Positions 24,348 through 31,329 of a stretch of 36,129 nucleotides of DNA are shown one piece after another. Within the stretch, counting starts at the first letter, position 1. Each line of letters begins with the position of its first letter. The notes beneath the pieces were generated by a model. That model searched no databases. It was given only the letters and a program-made list of their open reading frames with translations, and was not told the DNA's origin. A program made the position numbers and the translations under genes. This stretch comes from a virus: UHGV virus genome UHGV-0276305; one strand, given 5' to 3'.

Positions 24348-24649
24348 AAGATGCCCACTTTATTAATCATACCGTGGGCTAGTACGCCAAATTCTTTGAT
24401 GAGGGATTGGAAGACCTCACTGGTGTTTAGCCTATCAAGCTACTGCCAGAAAAACATTGTCGTTTGCATTTATTTTAAATTTGCAAAATAGACGCTACGC
24501 AACGAAAACTATTCAGAATATGTACAACAAATTTCCCCACATTGTGTTACGTCTAACGCTCATGTATTGGTGTTTGAATTATACATATTATGAAGTATTT
24601 TAGTTACTATAAAGTGGTCACATCTCAATGTCAACAACTTTATTGAAAT

Positions 24650-24725
24650 TGGTACTGGTAGGTGGAATCGAACCACCGATGTTCCCTTATCAGGGGAGTG
24701 TTATAACCTTCTTAACTATACCAGC
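24650..24725 (-). tRNA. tRNA-Ile (GAU)
   Basis: acceptor GCTGGTA/TACCAGT, D-stem GTTA/TAAC, anticodon loop CTGATAA, T-arm GGTGG-TTCGATT-CCACC, CCA encoded. Confidence 0.75.
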
Positions 24726-24726
24726 T

Positions 24727-24803
24727 TGGAGGTTCAGATGGGAATCGAACCCACATTCATAGGGCTTATGAGACCCTTGCATTACCTTATCTGCGACTGA
24801 ACC
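24727..24803 (-). tRNA. tRNA-Met (CAU)
   Basis: acceptor GGTTCAG/CTGAACC, anticodon arm AGGGT-CTCATAA-GCCCT, T-arm GTGGG-TTCGATT-CCCAT, CCA encoded. Confidence 0.75.
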
Positions 24804-24807
24804 ATTT

Positions 24808-24883
24808 TGGTAGAAGTGGAGGGATTCGAACCCATCGCCTGTCAGATTAAAAGTCTGCCGCATCACCATTCTGCTACACTTCC
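24808..24883 (-). tRNA. tRNA-Lys (UUU)
   Basis: acceptor GGAAGTG/CACTTCT, anticodon loop CTTTTAA, T-loop TTCGAAT with same imperfect T-stem as tRNA-Lys(CUU), CCA encoded. Confidence 0.65.
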
Positions 24884-24887
24884 ATTA

Positions 24888-25031
24888 AATTATCTTTGTA
24901 GATAAGCTACCCAGACTTGCTTAAGGTCTGTAGCGATGTGCCTTTTTGGGTTTAAATCTAGAATTTACCCTTTCACCCTTTGTGGTCGCATACTCACAGG
25001 TAAGCTTAATAACTTATCTACAAAGATAATT
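24888..25031. repeat. 19-bp perfect inverted repeat flanking a ~106-bp core (long-stem structured element)
   Basis: 24888-24906 (aattatctttgtagataag) is the exact reverse complement of 25013-25031; core contains further short hairpins. Confidence 0.6.
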
Positions 25032-25032
25032 A

Positions 25033-25163
25033 CCAGACCGTTGTTTATCATCTTAAGTGCTACCATTACACCAACTCGACATCTGCCGAGTGAAGGAATC
25101 GAACCTTCGCCTTTTCTTTACCGAGAAATAGATTGTTTAAGTTTTGCTGTAAACGGTCTTCTG
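25033..25163. repeat. repeated spacer element copy A (ccagacc ... gtttgctg-N-ggtcttctg), contains a tRNA 3' fragment
   Basis: shares 5' ccagacc and 3' ttgctgNaaNggtcttctg with three other copies. Confidence 0.5.
25084..25108 (-). pseudogene. tRNA 3' fragment (T-arm plus acceptor 3' strand), no matching 5' half found
   Basis: GAAGG-TTCGATT-CCTTC T-arm followed by ACTCGGC; no complementary GCCGAGT within 100 nt upstream. Confidence 0.35.
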
Positions 25164-25176
25164 TAAATTTGTTGAG

Positions 25177-25250
25177 CCAGACCAAGTTTTAAATTTTTCA
25201 AAATTAAATTGGCTTGAAATTTTAAGTAACTTGCTGTATTTGGTCTTCTG
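25177..25250. repeat. repeated spacer element copy D
   Basis: ccagacc at 25177-25183 ... cttgctgtatttggtcttctg ending 25250. Confidence 0.5.
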
Positions 25251-25260
25251 CTCCTTTAAA

Positions 25261-25281
25261 GGATACTCGTAAGAACCCTTT
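25261..25281 (-). promoter_or_regulatory. second copy of the conserved ~20-nt motif (plus-strand GGATACTCGTAAGAACCCTTT)
   Basis: matches 21705-21724 at 18 of 20 positions; lies just upstream (in the transcription direction) of spacer copy D. Confidence 0.3.
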
Positions 25282-25311
25282 AAGGGAGGGGCTAAATAGC
25301 CCTCTCAAAAT

Positions 25312-25389
25312 TGGCGGTTACGAAGGGATTTGAACCCTCATCATCTCCCGTGACAGGGGAGTATTTTAACCAAATTAAACTACATAACC
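25312..25389 (-). tRNA. tRNA-Asp (GUC)
   Basis: acceptor GGTTATG/CGTAACC, D-stem GTTT/AAAT, anticodon arm CTCCC-CTGTCAC-GGGAG, T-arm GAGGG-TTCAAAT-CCCTT, CCA encoded. Confidence 0.8.
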
Positions 25390-25394
25390 TTTAT

Positions 25395-25482
25395 TGGTGT
25401 GCCGTGTAGGAGTCGAACCTACCGAGTCTCAATGACAAGGGATTTACAGTCCCCACCGCTACCATCTACGGGATAACGACAC
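25395..25482 (-). tRNA. tRNA-Tyr (GUA), long variable arm
   Basis: 88 nt; acceptor GTGTCGT/ACGGCAC, anticodon arm GGGGA-CTGTAAA-TCCCT, about 15-nt variable arm, T-arm GTAGG-TTCGACT-CCTAC, CCA encoded. Confidence 0.75.
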
Positions 25483-25551
25483 ATTTAATTTCTATTCAGG
25501 CTAAGGACTTGCACCTTACAAATCGGTGAGCAATTGCTTCTCTCCTAAATT

Positions 25552-25628
25552 TGGCGGTTAGTCAGGGATTCGAACCCTGTGCCATTCGCTTAACAGGCGA
25601 CCGCACATACCTTATGTGCTTCCTAACC
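25552..25628 (-). tRNA. tRNA-Asn (GUU)
   Basis: acceptor GGTTAGG/ACTAACC (one mismatch), D-stem GCAC/GTGC, anticodon loop CTGTTAA, T-arm CAGGG-TTCGAAT-CCCTG, CCA encoded. Confidence 0.75.
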
Positions 25629-25639
25629 TTAATACATTG

Positions 25640-25699
25640 CCAGACCGTGTTTTTTCTTTTATCCGCAAAAAGTAGTTTGTTGCTGAATACGGTCTTCTG
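25640..25699. repeat. repeated spacer element copy B
   Basis: ccagacc at 25640-25646 ... gtttgttgctgaatacggtcttctg ending 25699; directly abuts the 3' end of the next tRNA. Confidence 0.5.
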
Positions 25700-25705
25700 C
25701 AAAAT

Positions 25706-25782
25706 TGGAGGCGGGTGCAGGAGTCGAACCTACCGATACCATGCTAATGAGACATGTGAGACGCCCTTTCTCTATACCCGCA
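25706..25782 (-). tRNA. tRNA with anticodon CAU (Met, initiator or Ile2; unresolved)
   Basis: anticodon arm CATGT-CTCATTA-GCATG, T-arm GTAGG-TTCGACT-CCTGC, CCA encoded; position 1:72 unpaired (T-C) and 3 nt between acceptor and D-stem. Confidence 0.6.
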
Positions 25783-25793
25783 ATTCTTAATGA

Positions 25794-25866
25794 CCAGACC
25801 AAATCTCTTCTTTGTCCGATTTCGTGTCAGATGAATAAGATTAAGTTTGCTGCAATTGGTCTTCTG
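25794..25866. repeat. repeated spacer element copy C
   Basis: ccagacc at 25794-25800 ... gtttgctgcaattggtcttctg ending 25866. Confidence 0.5.
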
Positions 25867-25873
25867 TCAAAAC

Positions 25874-25951
25874 TGGCGTTCCAGAAGGGATTTGAACCCT
25901 CAAATATCCACTTTGAAAGAGTGGTGACTTTACCGTTTTGTCTACTGGAAC
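25874..25951 (-). tRNA. tRNA-Glu (UUC)
   Basis: acceptor GTTCCAG/CTGGAAC, anticodon arm CCACT-CTTTCAA-AGTGG, T-arm GAGGG-TTCAAAT-CCCTT, CCA encoded. Confidence 0.8.
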
Positions 25952-25958
25952 ATTAATT

Positions 25959-26035
25959 TGGTCTCTGTTGGAGGACTTGAACCTCCGGCCTTACCGCCCC
26001 AAACGGAACGCTCTACCAAGCTGAGCTAAACAGAG
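25959..26035 (-). tRNA. tRNA-Pro (UGG)
   Basis: acceptor CTCTGTT/AACAGAG, D-arm GCTC-AGCTTGGTA-GAGC, anticodon loop TTTGGGG, T-arm GGAGG-TTCAAGT-CCTCC, CCA encoded. Confidence 0.8.
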
Positions 26036-26160
26036 ATAAACTTTTCAAACTCTATGTAACCACTTTAACATTATTTTTTAGTGGTTGTCAAGAACTTTTT
26101 TAAAATATTTTTCAGTATCTTAGAAAAGCTCTCATTTCGTTTCTATGTAGAACATATTAA

Positions 26161-26193
26161 AGGGTATTAAACACATTGTCAATACCCTTTTTA
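26161..26193. terminator. hairpin with flanking T-runs between vWA gene and tRNA cluster
   Basis: 8-bp stem agggtatt / aataccct with 12-nt loop; TTTTT follows on plus strand, AAAAAG precedes it (weaker U-run on minus strand). Confidence 0.35.
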
Positions 26194-26200
26194 AAACTTT

Positions 26201-27616
26201 TTACCAGATATAACGGTCAATCATTACTGCTTTGAGCATTACACTAATTGGGTCAAACTTCTCACCACCAAGCAGAGCTTTTAAAGTGGCTGGAGAGAAA
26301 CCAGATACCATTGCTACACCGTTATCCTTAACAGATACTTCGCAAGTGCCATTACGGTTTGCTAAGTACCAGAATACCAGTTGTGGCATCTCATATCCAG
26401 CTTTTTTGTACTTACTCTGAATTGCTTCAAAGTTTGTACGACCGTTAGCTCCATCAACCTGATTGAACTCCATATCAGAGAAGATGATAAGCTTACTTGG
26501 CATATCTTTCTGAGTCAAGTTATTTCTCTTACCTGTCTCAAGAATGCGGTCAAAAGCTGCTTGTAAGTTAGTTGAACCGTATTCAACATGACGCATTACC
26601 TGACGATGACGGTTTCGTAAATCACCACTCAGTTCAATGAAGTGAGGGTTTGTTGAATAAACCATCAACTCATTCTTAAAGCAACCTGTATTACGTTCTG
26701 CTACATACAATGCAAGTGAAACACCAATATCAAGAGCAGTAATTGAACCAAAATTCACCCAAGACATTGAACTTGAAACATCAGACATACATAGAATGTT
26801 TTCACCCTCTGCCATCCAGTTTGGTAGTGCTTTCCACTGCTCATTAGCAACATCTGCATTACCATACTTAACAGATTTAATCACATCGTATGGGTAAACA
26901 GCACCAGCATTAATCTTAGTCTCACCCTTTGATAAGGACTCGATGTAAGCTTTGTAGCGTTCTCCATCTTTACGGTTAAACAGTTTTTGGTAACGTGCAG
27001 CAGCAAGTGAAGGAATCTTACTGTAGTCAATCTTACCAAACTCATTAGCAGAGATTTTTTGCTCAACTGTATCAGATAGTGCAGACAACAGTGTGCGGTA
27101 CTCTTTCTCACTCAAGTTGGCAAACTTACAGAAACGTTTTACAAACTGTTTGTGACGTGGTTTTACTCGTGGTAACCACTTAGCTGCTAAACCTGCTGTT
27201 GCAGGGTCTAGTAAAGCTGCTTCTAAATGTTTGAAGGCATCTGTCTCGAAACGAGTACCTACAAAGATTTTGAAGTCATCAAAGCGACCAAGCTCTGCAA
27301 TCTTATCCATAATGCGAAGAACCTGCGTAGGCTCTAAAACTTTATCTTCAATCGCTTGAAGTAAAACAGTTCGGAAAGCTTTACGCTCACCCATACCTTC
27401 TCGTACATCTCGCATATGCAGTAAAATACGAACTGCAACATCAGCATCCTCATGCAAAGCTTTGTAGAACAAGTCTGGTAAGATTTCTACATTGCTACGG
27501 CTAGAACCAGCAGCTTTGTAAAAGTCTACAAGAGCAGACATTGATGAAGTATGGTTTACAGCACCATTTTCAGTTCGACCTGCATGAAGGTGCGCATGTT
27601 TAAATAATTCGCTCAT
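26201..27616 (-). CDS. vWA-domain protein with N-terminal helical domain (candidate Ro60/TROVE-like RNA-binding protein)
   Basis: 471-aa ORF; C-terminal half has MIDAS-type DxSxS (MSDVSSSMS) and downstream T and D positions (GSTNL, LIIFSDMEFN) typical of vWA folds; N-terminal about 250 aa predicted helical; Ro60 relationship is inference from architecture and genomic context. Confidence 0.6.
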   Translation of the reverse strand: MSELFKHAHLHAGRTENGAVNHTSSMSALVDFYKAAGSSRSNVEILPDLFYKALHEDADVAVRILLHMRDVREGMGERKAFRTVLLQAIEDKVLEPTQVLRIMDKIAELGRFDDFKIFVGTRFETDAFKHLEAALLDPATAGLAAKWLPRVKPRHKQFVKRFCKFANLSEKEYRTLLSALSDTVEQKISANEFGKIDYSKIPSLAAARYQKLFNRKDGERYKAYIESLSKGETKINAGAVYPYDVIKSVKYGNADVANEQWKALPNWMAEGENILCMSDVSSSMSWVNFGSITALDIGVSLALYVAERNTGCFKNELMVYSTNPHFIELSGDLRNRHRQVMRHVEYGSTNLQAAFDRILETGKRNNLTQKDMPSKLIIFSDMEFNQVDGANGRTNFEAIQSKYKKAGYEMPQLVFWYLANRNGTCEVSVKDNGVAMVSGFSPATLKALLGGEKFDPISVMLKAVMIDRYIW

Positions 27617-27650
27617 ACTTTACTCTCTTCTCTCATTTGTTGTTTGATGT

Positions 27651-27684
27651 GACAGACTTTAGAGCAACTTTATAGAGTCTGTCA
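27651..27684. other. palindromic hairpin between two minus-strand genes
   Basis: gacagac ... gtctgtc inverted repeat with partially paired extension; T-rich run on plus strand. Confidence 0.3.
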
Positions 27685-27697
27685 ACACCTTTTAAAA

Positions 27698-28069
27698 TTA
27701 TTTTTTAAGAGTCGCTACAGCAGAGAACGTTGGTTTGTTATCTGTCTGTGGTTGACCACCATTATCAGGAGTCTTCTTAGTGTCTGCTGCAAGTGCTTTC
27801 ATCTCACCTGCTGAGTGAGTAAAGATAGTTTTACCGACCTCAATCATACTCTTGATGGTTACATCATCTGTGTTTAACCCGAACTCTGCAAGCTTAGCAG
27901 CGTCCCTTGTAACAATCGCCTCAAACAACTTTGCAGCAAACTCAGCAGAATTATCAATGGTCAGTTGAGCTTTTACAAGTGAGCTTTTGTTGCGAGAGCC
28001 TTTTGGTCTTCCAGATGGGTTTCCAGATTGGCCTTTTTTAAACTGGCCTTTGTTTGTTCTGTTTTTCAT
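27698..28069 (-). CDS. hypothetical protein with Gly/Pro/Lys-rich N-terminal motif (KGQSGNPSGRPKGSRNK)
   Basis: 123-aa ORF; motif recalled from a family of small phage proteins of unknown function. Confidence 0.55.
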   Translation of the reverse strand: MKNRTNKGQFKKGQSGNPSGRPKGSRNKSSLVKAQLTIDNSAEFAAKLFEAIVTRDAAKLAEFGLNTDDVTIKSMIEVGKTIFTHSAGEMKALAADTKKTPDNGGQPQTDNKPTFSAVATLKK

Positions 28070-28318
28070 TGGTATGCCTCTTATAAGACCTCTTAAAAGG
28101 CTTTTAAGATAAAAGATAGATATCCAGAAAGATATCTGTTTAAATAGCCTTTTTAGAGGAACCTTTTAAGTTATCTTCTAAGTATTTATAAGCCTATACC
28201 TTGTCAAGTACTTTGTCAACAACTTTTTTAACTTGCAATAGTTCTTGACTTGTTGTATGGATTACTGTACCATCTTACTTAAAGCTGTAGGTCTGCCTTG
28301 TTCTACAAAGGAGACTTA

Positions 28319-28480
28319 ATGAGAAAATCAAATAAACCGAAGAAAGGTAAGAATACCAATCACTGTAAGGAATCAAAAAGGGTAGAGTTAATCTACTATT
28401 CATCCTCTGAAATTGGTCTGTACCTGTTCTTTCAAAATTACAGAAGACAAGAGGATTATCTATGTGTAGTTCCCAATTAG
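28319..28480 (+). CDS. small basic hypothetical protein
   Basis: ORF track starts at 28298, but AAAGGAGAC Shine-Dalgarno sits before the ATG at 28319; Lys-rich N-terminus. Confidence 0.4.
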   Translation: MRKSNKPKKGKNTNHCKESKRVELIYYSSSEIGLYLFFQNYRRQEDYLCVVPN

Positions 28481-28695
28481 AAATCGCAGATATTATAGAT
28501 TTATATCAAACTGCAAAGAGTCATGGCTATATAACCTCAATTGGAAAGAATAGTCACTATGATGCTTTGACTGGAATGTATTTCAGGGCAATGGCTCAAT
28601 CTAGTGAACAACACTTAATGGTTTCTTCCAGTGAGTTTACTTCGTTTCTCTATTGCAGCAAAATTATAAATCGCAGGAGAACTGAAAAATGTTAA
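28462..28695 (+). CDS. hypothetical protein
   Basis: 77-aa ORF overlapping neighbours by a few codons. Confidence 0.4.
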   Translation: MCSSQLEIADIIDLYQTAKSHGYITSIGKNSHYDALTGMYFRAMAQSSEQHLMVSSSEFTSFLYCSKIINRRRTEKC

Positions 28696-29279
28696 CAGTA
28701 AGTTTTAATTACAATAGTGATGGCTCTGTATCAATTAATTCACCATATGCAAATGACCTACTTAAAGAGCTAGTCAATCAGTGTGATAGAGGTCTTCACT
28801 ATGTTCAAAATTCTTTTAAACAGAAGACTATTGCTAATAACTTGATGCGTGTAACAGTGACGGCATCGAATCCAAATTATGACTTTGATAGTGAAAGTCC
28901 GTACTCATTAGTTGCGCTTGGAGAGAGCAGCCAATTCAAACTTGTTTGTCACGACTCAGAAACATTTCTTAAGGTATTTTCAAACCTTATCCATAATAAT
29001 AAGTACAGCTACGTTGATGGTAGTGTAAACTTCTATCCAGCAAACTATACATGTTTGTTGGTTGATAATATGAGAAAAAGTAAACAAGAGCCTACAGAAA
29101 TTTCATTTGATGTGAACTCTAGTCCAGACGCAGAAACAAGTAAGAACTTTGATATGAGTTACGCATTGTCACTCAGTAAGAAATCCGAGTTCATTGATTA
29201 TGTCAATGGATTTGGTTTTAAGTTTGATGAGAGTATGAATCTTAAAAAACTTAAAAACCTACTTAAGACCAAAGCTTAA
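28689..29279 (+). CDS. hypothetical protein
   Basis: 196-aa ORF. Confidence 0.55.
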   Translation: MLTVSFNYNSDGSVSINSPYANDLLKELVNQCDRGLHYVQNSFKQKTIANNLMRVTVTASNPNYDFDSESPYSLVALGESSQFKLVCHDSETFLKVFSNLIHNNKYSYVDGSVNFYPANYTCLLVDNMRKSKQEPTEISFDVNSSPDAETSKNFDMSYALSLSKKSEFIDYVNGFGFKFDESMNLKKLKNLLKTKA

Positions 29280-29326
29280 GTGTGAATAGGGGCATCAGCC
29301 CCTTTAACTATTTATAAGGATATTTA

Positions 29327-29698
29327 ATGAAAGCTAAGAGTGCAAAAGACTTTTATTGCTTCCTACAATCCTATATCAATTCCGTGCAAAATGGTGAAAG
29401 GTACAACCTTAATGATGTTATTCCAACACCTTTGACATGGAGACTCAGTAAATGGCCTGAAGAAGATATTACACCAACAAGAGAACAACGCACCTACAAA
29501 CCTGAAATCAATATTCCAGACTCTGAGAATCTATTATATCCAATGTTCCATATTGTTGGTCTTGGAAGATTCCTTATGGATATCCAGTATGTAATTGGTA
29601 AAGGTTATAAGGTTAAAGGTATTGTTGTTGGTGATGTATCTCCGCATCACAAAGGCTATTTTAGACTAAACGCACATTTAGAGGCTAAAAAGAAATGA
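29327..29698 (+). CDS. hypothetical protein, paralogous to N-terminal domain of the downstream Ig-like protein
   Basis: 123-aa ORF; shares RY..WPE.DI..YKP..LLY..F.MD.QY.I.GK pattern with residues 1-110 of the next gene; ATGA overlap with it. Confidence 0.6.
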   Translation: MKAKSAKDFYCFLQSYINSVQNGERYNLNDVIPTPLTWRLSKWPEEDITPTREQRTYKPEINIPDSENLLYPMFHIVGLGRFLMDIQYVIGKGYKVKGIVVGDVSPHHKGYFRLNAHLEAKKK

Positions 29699-30828
29699 TT
29701 AAAGCAAAGACTTACCCAGACTTCAAAGAGTTTGTGAAGGGTTTCATTGCAAATGTAAAGGCTGGTAAGAGATATGATTTTAGAACATATCAAGAGGCTA
29801 TTTTACCACTTACCTATAGTTCATATTGGCCTGAAGCTGATATTGCAGAAGTTGAGAAGTTTGACTACAAACCAGACTACAAAGTTCCATTTAGTGATGA
29901 ATTGCTTTACAGTGTTGGTGCACAGATGAGAACTGCTGATTTCTTCATGGATTTGCAGTATGCAATCATCAATGGTAAAGATGTTGACACAATTTACTGT
30001 GAATGGTTGGCAAGAGTTAAGCCGTTCTCAATGTTGAATGCTAAGTTGAAGGATGCTATTAAGCCACCAGCAATTACTCAGCAACCAACAGGTCAAACAG
30101 TCAATGAGGGTGGCACACTTACTCTAAGCATTCTAGCAACTAACGCCACTGGATATCAGTGGAAGAAGGATGGTGAGGACATCCCTAGTGCCAATTCTGC
30201 AACTTACACAAAACAGTCAGTAGCACCTTCTGACGCTGGTTCATACACTTGTGTTGTATCTGGAGAGGGTGGAACAAGTGTTACCTCAGATGCAGCAACG
30301 GTTACTGTGAACGCACTTCCTGTGATTACCAAGCAACCTTCTAACCAGACTATTAATGAAGGTGGAAACATCAACTTATCAGTTACTGCAACTGGTGCAA
30401 CTGGTTACCAATGGAAGAAAGATGGCTCTGACATTCCTTCAGCGACAAATGCTACCTATAGCAAGTCTGGTGCTCTGCCAGCAGATGCAGGTTCATACAC
30501 TTGCGTTGTAACAGGTGCAGGTGGTTCTGTCACTTCTAGCCCTGCAACGGTTACTGTTAACGCACTTCCGGTAATCACTCAACAGCCAACCAATCAAGAA
30601 ATCACTGAAGGTGAGACTTTAACACTGAATGTTGTGGCAACAGGTGCAACAGGTTACCAGTGGAAGAAAGGTGAGGAAGACATCCTCGATGCAACTACTG
30701 CAACTTACACCAAAGAAGGTGCAACCGCTGCTGATACAGGAAGCTACACCTGTGTAGTTACTGGCGCAGGTGGCTCTGTAACATCTAATGCGGCAACAGT
30801 TACAGTTAACCCAGCAGGGGAGGCATAA
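29695..30828 (+). CDS. protein with N-terminal paralogous domain and three tandem Ig-like domains
   Basis: 377-aa ORF; three about 83-aa repeats of pattern ITxQPxNQTIxEGxxLTLxVxATGATGYQWKKDGxDIxSATxATYxKxxAxxADxGSYTCVVTGAGGSVTSxxATVTVN. Confidence 0.75.
   Translation: MIKAKTYPDFKEFVKGFIANVKAGKRYDFRTYQEAILPLTYSSYWPEADIAEVEKFDYKPDYKVPFSDELLYSVGAQMRTADFFMDLQYAIINGKDVDTIYCEWLARVKPFSMLNAKLKDAIKPPAITQQPTGQTVNEGGTLTLSILATNATGYQWKKDGEDIPSANSATYTKQSVAPSDAGSYTCVVSGEGGTSVTSDAATVTVNALPVITKQPSNQTINEGGNINLSVTATGATGYQWKKDGSDIPSATNATYSKSGALPADAGSYTCVVTGAGGSVTSSPATVTVNALPVITQQPTNQEITEGETLTLNVVATGATGYQWKKGEEDILDATTATYTKEGATAADTGSYTCVVTGAGGSVTSNAATVTVNPAGEA
30067..30815 (+). repeat. three tandem ~249-bp coding repeats (Ig-like domains)
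   Basis: near-identical nucleotide blocks within the 377-aa ORF. Confidence 0.7.
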
Positions 30829-31292
30829 TGCAACTCTCAAGAAAAGGTTTAGAAGCTATTAAGTTCTTTGAAGGTCTGAAGTTAGAGGCTTACAAAGATT
30901 CTGCTGGAATCCCCACAATTGGGTATGGGACAATTCGTATTGGTGGGAAGCCTGTTAAGATGGGTATGAAGATTACCGCTGAACAAGCTGAACAGTATCT
31001 TCTCGCAGATGTTGAAAAGTTCGTTGCAGCAGTGAACAAAGCCATCAAGGTTCCAACTTCTCAGAATGAGTTTGATGCACTTGTAAGTGAAACATACAAC
31101 ATTGGTATCACAGCTATGCAGGACTCTACATTTATCAAGCGCCACAACGCTGGTAATAAGGTAGGTTGTGCAGAAGCTATGCAGTGGTGGAACAAGGTTA
31201 CAGTCAAAGGTCAGAAGGTCACTTCAAACGGCCTGAAAAACAGACGTAGAATGGAAGCTGACATTTATCTTGACAGTGTATACCCAAAGTAA
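30828..31292 (+). CDS. endolysin, T4-type lysozyme (GH24)
   Basis: 154-aa ORF with hallmark FEGLKLEAYKDSAGIPTIGYGT block (catalytic Glu/Asp/Thr triad context); start overlaps upstream stop (TAATG). Confidence 0.9.
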   Translation: MQLSRKGLEAIKFFEGLKLEAYKDSAGIPTIGYGTIRIGGKPVKMGMKITAEQAEQYLLADVEKFVAAVNKAIKVPTSQNEFDALVSETYNIGITAMQDSTFIKRHNAGNKVGCAEAMQWWNKVTVKGQKVTSNGLKNRRRMEADIYLDSVYPK

Positions 31293-31302
31293 TATCTTCA
31301 TA

Positions 31303-31329
31303 GGCTCCTTCGGGAGCCTTTTTTATTTT
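31303..31329 (+). terminator. intrinsic terminator after endolysin
   Basis: AGGCTCC-TTCG-GGAGCCT stem-tetraloop followed by TTTTTTATTTT. Confidence 0.8.

Noticed and set aside
25501-25520. Hairpin TAAGG-TGCAAGT-CCTTA resembling a T-arm
   Set aside because: Loop is not a canonical T-loop and no acceptor pairing exists; treated as spacer
20500-25956. ORFs overlapping tRNA genes (20500..20727, 20695..20970, 21292..21537, 22242..22430, 22778..22960, 23377..23574, 24936..25166, 25551..25790, 25705..25956)
   Set aside because: They run across tRNA cloverleaves or structured spacers and lack ribosome-binding sites
26232-27111. Small ORFs 26232..26420, 26381..26566 and 26881..27111
   Set aside because: Contained within the 471-aa vWA protein gene on the same or opposite strand
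28238-28270. Sigma-70-like promoter (TTGACT, 17-nt spacer, TACCAT) upstream of the plus-strand block
   Set aside because: The -10 element is weak and several similar AT-rich hexamers occur nearby; cannot be supported from sequence alone
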